DNA of 64,000 nt from Scyliorhinus canicula. Its lineage: Eukaryota. The position numbers were made by a program, and so were the translations under genes. Under the pieces are notes generated by a model. That model saw only the letters and a list, made by a program, of their open reading frames with translations. It had not been told where the DNA came from and did no database searches. Where the stretch lies: the NCBI RefSeq assembly GCF_902713615.1, contig NC_052160.1, positions 137,434,737-137,498,736 on the forward strand. The letters run 5' to 3'. This document shows positions 1 through 10,400 of the stretch, piece after piece (within the stretch, counting starts at the first letter, position 1; the number at the start of each line of letters is the position of its first letter).

Positions 1-2230
1 AGTTACAATGGCAAGCGACAGGAAGGTTGGCGTCATGCTGGCAGGCTGAGCGAAGATCTCCCAATGTAGAGGAGGCGGCTTTGGGGGAAGTGACCAAATT
101 GTAGGAAGTGCAAGTGAAATGCTGCTTAAGCGGAAAGTGAGCATTTGCATCATTGAAGGGTGAGGTCGGAGGGAGATGACAAGAGGCAGGGGAGGAGTGG
201 ACCAAGGTGCCACGAAGGGAGCGGTCCCTGCAGATTGCTGACAGAGTGGGTGAGGGGGGATGTGTTTCGTGGCAGCAGCATTCCGGAGTTGGAGGAGATG
301 GTGGAGGAATGATCCTGTCAATACAGAGGCTACTGGGGTAGAAAGTAAGGACAAGGAGGACCACATCATGGTTCTGGGAGGGAGGGAAAGGGCTGAGGAT
401 AAATGTGCGGGAGATGGGTCAGGCTGGTTTGGCGGGGGACGGGGGGACGGACGTGATTAATGAGAGAGGCACCACCTCCAAAGTTGGCATCATCAGAACA
501 GATGCAATGGAGGTGGAGAAACTGGGAGAATGGGATTGAATCCTTACAGGAAGCAGGGTGTGAGAGGCTGTAGTCGAGGCAGCTGTGGGTGGCTTGCACT
601 GAATATTGGTGGTCAGCCTATCACCAGAAATGAAGACAGAAAGGTCAAGGGTGGGGCGGGAAGTGACGGAGGAGGACCATGAAAGGACCATGAGAGAGGG
701 GTGGAAATTGGCAGCAAAATCAATATATTTTTCCAGGTCCAGGTGAGAGCATGAAGCAGCGCCAATGCAGTCATTGATGCAACAGAAAAGGAGTTGTGGG
801 AGCAGGCCTGAGTAGGACTGGAACAAGAGTGTCTCACATAACCCACAGAAAGACAGACACAACTGGAACCCATAGCGACAGCTCTTATTTACAGGAAGTG
901 AAACAAGTTAAAGGAGAAATGTTTGAGTGACAGAACAAGTTCAGCTACACGGAGGAGAGTGGTGGTGGATGGGGTTTGTCCAGGCGTCAGACACACCAGG
1001 TGGGGGATGGAGGTGTAGAGGGATTGGACATCCATTGTGAAGAGGAGGTGGGTAGGGCCTGCTGCTCATTTTACTGCCTCCGTTTAAAGGCCGTGTGCTT
1101 AACACTACTATGGCTCTGTGTATGTAATTATGCTCAGGAGTCGCCAGGTGCCGTATTTAGACACCTCACAAGTATATCAAGGTCAGGTTCAAAGTAATAA
1201 ATCTGTACACCGATTAGTAAGTCCAAACGATTGATATTTATTATGACAAATATAATAAATACACATGCATACGCTAAAGAGACTAACTTACTTCTAATAC
1301 TAAACAACTAAAATACTTATCTAGACAGGAACAAGCAAGGTCAGGGGACAAGGCCTTCGCCCCGTTCTTGGTCTGCAACTCTCAGGTACTTAAAGTTGTC
1401 AGGATCTAGCAAGGTCTGGATCACGTAGCGATCGTTGTATTGGCACTTACAGTTCGATGGCTGATGCTCAACGGCCGGTGCTAAAACTGGAGTCAGGATG
1501 CGATGTAACAAGTCTGGGCCGGAGTCTGGAAGCAACAGACCGAACCATGTGCGGGGTCTATTCTTATAGTCCCTAGAAGTCCGTGCCCCTTCGGGGCGGG
1601 CCTTTTACCTGCCATGTATCGATTGGGCCTTTCCCAATCGATATCTTCCAAACCCCCCAATCTGAGGGTCGTTTCTCGATGGGTGGGCTGTCCCTATGGT
1701 TCTTTGTGTTGGATACAGTGGTGCCGTTCTGTCTGGGCGTCTACTCAAAAGTATCCATTCATACTTAAATGTTTCTATTGTGTGGGGTCTGGATCTGGAT
1801 CACCTCATTACTATGTAGATCTTGTTGCCATTTACACCTTTGGCTGAAACTCTGCACCTGACCACAAACTGGTTTCTGTACGTGCAGAAAGCTAATTAGT
1901 CTCCTGCAAACTGCTTGTCCTTGCTAAGACTGTTTTTCCCTGCAGCCTTAGCAGTTCTCCATTTTGTAGCCCAGTGTCCATCTTAGGGGAGTGAGGATGG
2001 AATCAGGATTGGGAGAAATGAGTTCCGTGGGGCAGGAAGAGGCTGATATGATGGGTCTACCAGGGCAGACCTGTTTGTGGATTTTGGGAAGGAGGTACAA
2101 GCGGGCTGTGCAGGGTTGGTTGACTATGAGATTGGAAGCTGTGGAGAGAAGATCTCCAGAGATGACGAGGTCAGTGACCATCCTGGAAATAATGGCTTGA
2201 TGTTTGGTGGTGGGATCATGATCCAGGGGG
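1..2230 (-). mobile_element. Penelope-like element RT fragment, copy 1 (frameshifted, interrupted by an LTR)
   Basis: Minus-strand translations ARLYLLPKIHK..PGRPI, CINDCIG (YIDD-like motif) and SHPASCKDSIPFSQFL..ICSDD match PLE reverse transcriptase. Confidence 0.8.
1060..1985 (-). mobile_element. Solo LTR, family C (right end deleted)
   Basis: Starts TGCTGCTC after GGCC. Shares blocks (ggctctgt, gagtcgccaggt, tacacc.attagtaag, catgcatac, tacttatct) with 30704-31588. Absent from the duplicated unit 2. Confidence 0.7.
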
Positions 2231-2571
2231 AGGGAGGAGGAAGTGTCTGAGTTTCAGATTCCAGTATCCATGGTAATTTTATTCGACTGTGAATCAGGTT
2301 TGACAATTAGGTTTGTAAAACTCTTGACGATGTCACTGAATGGCACACTGGAGTTAAACCCCACAATACGAGGCAGAACCCTAATTTCCAGGTTCCCCAT
2401 GCTCTCCCAGTAAATCAAGAAAATACCCCAATTCTTTCAAAAGTAAATCATTGGCTGTGAAATGCTTTGGGACACTGAGGCCATGAAAAGTGTCTATATA
2501 ATAATAATCGCTTATTGTCACAAGTGGGCTTCAATGAAGCTACTGTGAAAAGCCCCAAGTCACCCCATTCC

Positions 2572-3625
2572 TGTCAATACGGAGGCTACTGGGGTATAAA
2601 GTAAGGACAAGGAGGACCGCATCATGGTTCTGGGAGGGAGGGAAAGAGCTGAGGATAAATGTGCGGGAGATGGGTCAGGCTGGTTTGGTGGGGGGAAACG
2701 TGATTAATGAGAGAGGCACCACTTCCAAAGTTGGCATCATCAGAACAGATGCGATGGAGGTGGAGAAACTGGGAGAATGGGATTGAATCCTTACAGGAAG
2801 CAGGGTGTGAGAGGCTGTAGTCGAGGCAGCTGTGGGAGTCGGTGGCTTGCACTGAATATTGGTGGTCAGCCTATCACCAGAAATGAAGACAGAAAGGTCA
2901 AGGGTGGGGCGGGAATTGACGGAGGAAGACCATGAAAGGTGAGAGAGGGGTGGAAATTGGCAGCAAAATCAATATATTTTTCTAGGTCCAGGTGAGAGCA
3001 TGAAGCAGCGCCAATGCAGTCATTGATGCAACAGAAAAGGAGTTGTGGGAGCAGGCCTGAGTAGGACTGGAACAAGAGTGTCCCACATAACCCACAGAAA
3101 GACAGACACAACTGGAACCCATAGCGACAGCTCTTATTTACAGGAAGTGAGACAAGTTAAAGGAGAAATGTTTGAGTGACAAAACAAGTTCAGCTACACG
3201 GAGGAGAGTGGTGGTGGATGGGGTTTGTCCAGGTGACAGACCCACCAGGTGGGGGATGGAGGTGTAGAGGGATTGGACATCCATCGTGAAGAGGAGGTGG
3301 TTGGGGCCAGGGAACTGAAAATTGCTGATGTGACGTAGGGAATCAGATGGGTCACGAATGTAGGTGGGAAGTAGCTGGACAAGGGGAGTGAGGATGGAGT
3401 CAGGATTGGAAGAAATGAGTTCCGTGGGGCAGGAAGAAGCTGATGCAATGGGTCTACCAGGGCAGACCTGTTTGTGGATTTTGGGAAGGAGGTACAAGCG
3501 GGCTGTGCAGGGTTGGTCGACTATGAGATTGGAAGCTGTGGAGAGAAGATCTCCAGAGATGACGAGGTCAGTGGCCATCCTGGAAATAATGGCTTGATGT
3601 TTGGTGGTGGGATCATGATCCAGGG
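2572..3625 (-). mobile_element. Penelope-like element RT fragment, copy 2 (tandem duplicate)
   Basis: ORF 3138..3578: LYLLPKIHK..GRPI..LPTYIRD..LFTMDVQSLYTSIPH. Confidence 0.82.
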
Positions 3626-4180
3626 GGAGGGAGGAGGAAGTGTCTGAGTTTCAGATTCCAGTATCCATGGTAATTTTATTCGACTGTGAATCAGGTTTGA
3701 CAATTAGGTTTGTAAAACTCTTGATGATGTTACTGAATGGCACACTGGAGTTAAACCCCACAATACGAGGCAGAACCCTAATTTCCAGGTTCCCCATGCT
3801 CTCCCAGTAAGTCAAGAAAATACCCCAATTCTTTCAAAAGTAAATCATTGGCTGTGAAATGCTTTGGGACACTGAGGCCATGAAAAGTGTCTATATAATA
3901 ATAATCGCTTATTGTCACAAGTGGGCTTCAATGAAGCTACTGTGAAAAGCCCCTAGTCACCACATTCCGGCGACTGTTCGGGGAGGCTGGTATGGGAATT
4001 GAACCCGCGCTGCTGGCCTTGTTCTACATGACAAGACAGCTTTTTAGCCCACTGTGCTAAACCAGCCCCATATTAATGCTTACTTCCATTACAAACTAGG
4101 TTGGATTTAACTCATTAAAATCTATCTGTTTGAATTAAGTAGTTATTTCCTGATCAATTTCTGAAATGTTGTCTCCTCAG

Positions 4181-4492
4181 TTTCAGATGCATTGTGGGCA
4201 GAAAAGAAAGTGCGTGGAATTGTGGGAAGAGCGATCACAATAAATTGTCACTATGGTGCACGGTACAAGTCATATATTAAATATTGGTGTCACGGCACGA
4301 CTATCACGTGTAAAGTTTTAGCACAAACAAATTGGCAAAATGGAAGAATATCAATCACTGATAACAAGTCACAAACAACATTTGTTGTTACTATGGAGGA
4401 TCTTCGCCCAGCAGATGCAGGATGGTACAGCTGTGGTATTGAAACAGCTGGTCTCGATCCAATGTTTTCTGTGGAGCTTCAAACATCTTACG
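4181..4492 (+). CDS. Gene 1 Ig V-domain exon (CD300/pIgR/TREM-type)
   Basis: ctcctcag|TT TCA GAT GCA TTG TGG ... TCT TAC G|gtacat. Protein has INCHY, KYWCHG-xxxx-C (second C-C' disulfide typical of CD300/pIgR V domains) and DAGWYSCG. A second in-frame acceptor (tttcag) lies 6 nt downstream in both genes. Confidence 0.93.
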
Positions 4493-7400
4493 GTACATTT
4501 CTCAGTTTTATTTTATTACTTTCTATTGAAATGTCTGATCACTGTTCTCTCTGGGAGGAAACACGGCAGCTCCGATATCCCGGGTCTCTGCAGTGGGTGG
4601 GAGGGGAAGGTGTTGACTTGATTGGGGCCAGTGGCACGCCACAAAATGCGCAGGTAGCCAAAGGGGCTGCCAGGACAGTGACAGGCTATTTAAAAGGCCC
4701 ACCTCATGCCTTGGGACTTTGTCCCAGCAACAATCTAAGCACTAAGGACCCCCCATTCCACAGAACCATAGGATCCCTGCATTTGGCCCATCAAGTCTGC
4801 ACCGGCCCTCTGATAGATCACGCTACCTAGGACGACTCCCCCATCCTATCCCCGTAACCCCACCTGACCTGCATATCTTTGCTCACTAAAGGGCAATTTA
4901 GCGTGGCCGATTACCTAACCTGCACATCTTTGGACTGTGGGAGGAAACCGGAGCACTCGGAGGAAACCCACGCAGACACGGGGCGAAGGTGCAAACTCCA
5001 CACAGTCACCCGAGGCTGGAATTAAACTTGGGTCTTTGGTGCTAACCACTGTGCCAACGTGCCGCCCATTTTATTCGTCATCCCTCACAGTCCACAAAGG
5101 GGGTGGGTGATGGGAAGAGCTTGGCATGAGGCCGCATAAAGGGGCATAGATGGTGTGAGGGGAGGAAGGGCAGAGCTTGGCATGCGGGCATGAATGTTCG
5201 TGGGTGAGGGTAATGGGACATTGGGTTCATGACGGGATTGGGGGTGGTGCAAGACTGTGAAGGGGATGAGGAGAACCTGTTGAACTTAGTATAACTTTAA
5301 ACTTAATGAAAATCCAACTCATTATAATCAAGGGCAGACCTCCAGATCAGGATCACAACCATTGTTATTTTCATGGGGCCCTCTTGAGGATTTTCTCAAG
5401 GGTCATTTGAAGGGAACACATTTTGATTTTCAGCCGCTCTTTTTTTATTCTCATTAACGTCTTTATTAGGTGATGCTATTGTAATATTACATTCTGTATT
5501 GATGTTATTTTTTAGGGTTTCTTTCTTGCTTGTGTGTGTGTGTTCCTGTAATTAAATCTTTTGGGCGCGATTCTCCGCACTCACGACGCGTCGGAGAATA
5601 GCAGGCGGCGCAAATTTTTACGGCTACACTGGTCCGACGCCCTCCCGCTATTCTCTCCCCCCCCCCCCCCCCCACGGCCGCCCCCCAACACGAATCGCTG
5701 CTCGCCGTTTTTTTACGGCGAGCAGCGATTCTCCCCTGGCCGATGGGCCGAGTTCCCAGGCCTTTACGGCCGTTTTTACGAACTAAAAACACACCTGCTC
5801 TCACCGTTCGTAAAAACGGCCGTAAAGTGCCATTCTGGGGAACCATGGCACCGATTGGCACGGCCGTGGTGCCCGCGATCGGTGGGCACCGATCGAGGGC
5901 AGTGGGTACTTACCCCGCGCACTCTTTCTTACTCTGCCGCCCCGATGGATCCGTCCGCGGGGCTTCTGAGGGGCATAACGGCCCGCGCATGCGCGGCTGA
6001 CGTCATCATACGCGTCAGCCATCGCTAACTTTGGCGCACGGGCTATCCCCGACCGGGGAGCAGAATCGGTTCCCGGTCGGGGGCGCGGAGGCTGCCGTCA
6101 AACACGGCCGGTTTCACGGCAGCCTTCACGACTCTCCGTATTTGCGGAGAATTGCGCCCTTTGACTTTAAATCTAAAGAAAAGATGATATTACGAATTGA
6201 TTACAGATAAATCTCCCATACTCCATTTCCAAACTGAGAATTCAAATACTTGGCACATGATAACTCAATAGGTATGAGTCTCAATTGTGTTGCCCCTAGG
6301 CAGTGAGAAGGGAGGAGGTTGAAGTGCAGATGTTGTATCTCCTGATCCTGAATGGGAAGTTGCCTTCCTGTATTTTTCTGAAATTAAACGTGCTGGGCAG
6401 CGTTCTCCGTTTCAACGTTGACGCCAGGTCAGAGTCGGTGGACGTCTACAATTGGCGCCGCTCCCAGAACAATTCTGCAACAGTTAATGGACGAGCACCG
6501 ACACCACGTAGAACACCATCGATTCCAATGAGAAACGGTGTTGGATACTCCGGAGTCGGGATTGAGAGGCTGACAAGCTGCAGACACGTTTCAGCACTCC
6601 GCTCCCCACACACACTCATCCCAGCCAACAAGATGGCAGCGCAGAGAGCGGCACCCTGGTTGGCGGATGCGGAGTTGGTGGCCATACTAGATGCCGTGGA
6701 GGAGAGGCGGGTAACCCTGTACCGTAGGGTAGGAAGGAGGTTGCCAACCGCTGCCGTGCACCGGGCCTGGGTGCAGGTGGCAGGCGCTGTGGGCCCACGC
6801 CAGGGACGGACAACAGTGTCGCAAAGAGCTGCACGACTTCCTCAGGGTGGTCAGGTTCAATCGGCAGCACTGTGCCTCTGACAGTAACCCCCGTCCCACA
6901 CACCCATAACCCCCCCCCCCCCCACCCCACCCTGCACCATGTGCCAGCGCCCATACCGGCTGCCACGGCCGAGTGCCCTGGCCATGAAGGTCACCAGCTA
7001 TGCTGCATGCATCCAGCTGTCTAACACTGAGCGTTTACTCTCCCTCCCCCCACTCCAAGGAGAAGGTGGTCCACATCCGGCGGGAGAGGGAACAAACGGA
7101 GGGGGTCCGTCGAACCTGCGGCCCCCTCACCGCAGCGGAGCAGCGGGCACTGGGCTTGGTTGGTGGGCCCGCAGAGAGGGCAATCGCCAAGGCGGAGGTC
7201 ATCATTGAGCGAGTGAGTGAGACCTCGCTGAGTTGCAATTCCCCATGGCACATGTGTCACCACCCCCTCCACCACCCCCACCCTCCCCCACAGCACCACC
7301 ACACACCCCCCCCCTCCACCACCATCCCCCTAACCCCGCACCACCCCAACCCGCAGTCCAGTCATGAGTAATGTATTGTGTTTTACAAGATATCCTGGCG

Positions 7401-10400
7401 ATGAGGCAGGTCCTTCTGATGTCCCCGTGCACCGGCCCCAACCCCAACCCCAACCCCTCGTGGAAAGCAGCAAGGAAGAGGTCACAGGAGCCCTCGAACC
7501 GCAGCCCGGGACACCCCGGAACACCAGTCCTTCCTCAGGTGAATGAAGAGGTTTGTTCCAGAAACATATGTATAGACAAAGTCAAAGATGCCAGACAATG
7601 CTTAGAATGCGAGCATTTGCAGCTAATTAAGTCTTTACAGATCCAGAGAGAGGGGTAACCCCAGGTTAAAGAGGTGTGAATTGTCTCAAGCCAGGATAGT
7701 TGGTAGGATTTCACAAGCCCAGGCCAGATGGTGGGAGGGTGAATGTAATGCGACATGAATCCCAGGCCCCGGTTGAGGCCGTACTCATGTGTGCGGAACT
7801 TGGCTATAAGTTTCTGCTCGGCGATTTTGCGTTGTCGCATGTCCTGAAGGCCGCCTAGGAGAACGCTTACCCGGAGATCAGAGACTGAATGCCCTTGACT
7901 GCTGAAGTGTTCCCCGACTGGAAGGGAACATTCCTGCCTGGCGATTGTCACGCGATGTCCGTTCATTCGTTGTCGCAGCGTCTGCATGGTCTCACCAATG
8001 TACCACGCTTCGGGACATCCTTTCCTGCAGCGTATGAGGTCGACAACGTTGGCCGAGTCGCACGAGTATGTGCCGCGTACCTGGTGGGTGGTGTTCTCAC
8101 GTGTAATGGTGGTACCCATGTTGATGATCTGGCACGTCTTGCAGAGATTGCCATGGCAGGGTTGTGTGGTGTCGTGGTCGCTGTTCCCTATGGTGGCAAA
8201 GGGCAAGATTCACCAACCACAAGGGATTCCACTCATTCAATGTCTAGATCGTGTCTAACTGTGCTATACACATTACGCAGGTGTGTGCCCAATTCCCAGG
8301 GAGTATCCATGACAACTACATTTTGGGGTGCTCACAGATCCTAGGCATTTTCAAGGCAAAGCAGCGGCTGGAGGGATGGCTCCTCGGGGACAACGTGTAC
8401 CCACTCGTGAGGTGGCCTGACTCCAGTGCGTAGGCCCCACACAGCCTCTGAGACTCGCTACACTCCCACAAAGGGCACAGGGCCAGGGACACCCTCATTG
8501 GCTCTGGGTTTGGGGGCGACGGGGACCAGGATGTCAAAACCTCTCCCACCCAGGGGCTCTTCCACCTTCTCCCTGCTGCGGTGCCTGCGGGAGCTTTGAC
8601 AAAGAGTCATCCAGACTCGAAACATTAGCTCCCTTCTCTCTGCAAAGGTGCTGGCAGACCTGAAGAGATGGTCCAGTATTTTCTGTTTCTGTGGCATTTT
8701 GCCTGTGCCGGAGATCGGACCCGGAGGTGCCATGTGGGGTGTGTGGGGGGGAGCTCAAGGACCCCCTTGTAGGTGAGTTGGGGGGGGGGGGGGGGGGAAT
8801 GGGGGTCGAGAGATCGGGGCATCAATTCAAAGTGCAGTAAATGCGACTGAGTGCAGCCTCGGGTGGGGGGGGGGTCCCCAATGTGCAACCAAACAACACG
8901 TAGCTTCTCAGATTCTCACACCCAATTCAGCCACAGATAATTTAAGCTCATCGCCAACTACTTAACGAGTCATTGTTAGTCACGCTTTGCATGTTGCCAC
9001 ATCCTCGGTATTATTCTTGTTGTCCTGATCTGGAGACCTGATATAAAGGCAGACATGGCAACGCAGGCCTCCAGGAGGCTAGTCAGAAATGGGGCTGGGA
9101 TTTTAACAATTACTGTGTTGGGATCAGAAGCGGTGGGCGCACCATTTGGTGCTGCCAGTCTTCATGCCAATTCGCTATTGCAGCCCGTCTCCAACACATT
9201 TTGAGAGCGGCTGGATTGCCGTCAAGTGGTGGACAGTCAATGTGGCAAAGAAATTTACCAATGGCTTCCTACACCAAGTGGAACCATCAGTGGGAAATGC
9301 AGGTTGCCCCTTCAGGATCATGGTCAGGCGGCTGGGGGATTTTCAAGGATAAAGTAAAATAGCACGGGCTTAACCCCTCGCTGTCTCCTTATCCGGACTG
9401 GTAGCCCCCCACCTCAGCCACTGAGGCCTTGTAGCATCTGGAGCCTGCCCACAGTCCCTGACTGGATGGTGAGCCCAGTTACTTGGCCTTGAACTGGTTG
9501 AAGCATTGAAAATGGCGGTGGGTGTTCCTGAAGTTTGACGCGCAGTGTCAGGACTCAGAACTTTTCCCGATGTCCAATTCCCAAGCCCTGATTAAACATC
9601 CACCCTCCCCCCTCCCCCCCCCCCCCCCCCCCCCTCCCCCCATAGGGAGATACATGTCAGATTCCAACATGGCCAACACTGGCTGGAATGCTGAAGGGCA
9701 AAACATTAGAGAGTATTTGATTTTTAGATCCTCAAGTCAGTATCTGAATGTTTGTTTCTTTCCCACAGAATCCGTCTCTGTTCCTGTGTTGAGATTTCTA
9801 TCCCCGCCAAAAGTCTCATGTTCTGGGGGCTCAGTGTCCGTCTCCTGTGAGTCTGCCCGGGGCTCCCTCCCCATTCAGTACACATGGACTGAAAAGACCC
9901 CGTCTGAAGAATCAAAGATCTCCGACACCAATGAACTGGATCTCCGTTGTCGATCCTTCAAACAGCAACAGCAACAATATTACTGCACAGCCTCAAATAC
10001 TCGAGGGAAACAATCCAGTCAAATGGTGAATGTGACAGTCGTCAGTAAAACAGAAAAGAGCTGCAGTTACGTGATACTAAATGGAAGCAGTGGTAAGTGT
10101 TACTGTAAACGAACCATTTAGTGATTGAGTTTTTCGAAACTGGATGCGAGTTAACTTCCTTTAGTCAATCTGAGACACTGCCACTGACAAAATCCATTCT
10201 GTTTGGATCTTGAAACATTTGTGAACAGAACATTAAAAACAGAAACTGTTGGAAGAAAGGTCGCAATGTCATCATTTATATTGGCGGAGGGGCGGGTGGA
10301 GGAGGTGGGGAAGACGAGAAGGTCAGGGATAGGTCGGAGTAAAGGAGTGATTGAAAAGGACATCGTGGACATCAGACAAAGGGGGTGTTAATGGTGCCAT

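Larger units (their letters stand above)
316..3968. repeat. Tandem segmental duplication: unit 1 316-2571, unit 2 2572-3968
   Basis: Both units begin tgtcaatac and carry the same PLE + unique intron + SINE succession. The junction lies at a TCC microhomology. Confidence 0.88.

Noticed and set aside
1-4180. Leader exon of gene 1
   Set aside because: No match to the gene 2 leader (ATG CGG ATT CTG...G|gtgagt) or its promoter was found; it is presumed to lie upstream of the window.
4181-4492. Naming the genes PIGR, CD300A/LF or FCRL orthologs
   Set aside because: Only one pIgR-type V domain and a hybrid architecture; orthology cannot be assigned without a phylogeny, so gene symbols are left blank.
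9522-9768. N-terminal Pro-rich extension of ORF 9522..10121
   Set aside because: Upstream of the splice acceptor, derived from a poly-C tract and repeat sequence, and absent in gene 2.
10092-10104. Conserved GKCY read-through after the C2 exon supplying a substitute Cys
   Set aside because: Largely dictated by the donor consensus G|GTAAGT; the sequences diverge right after.
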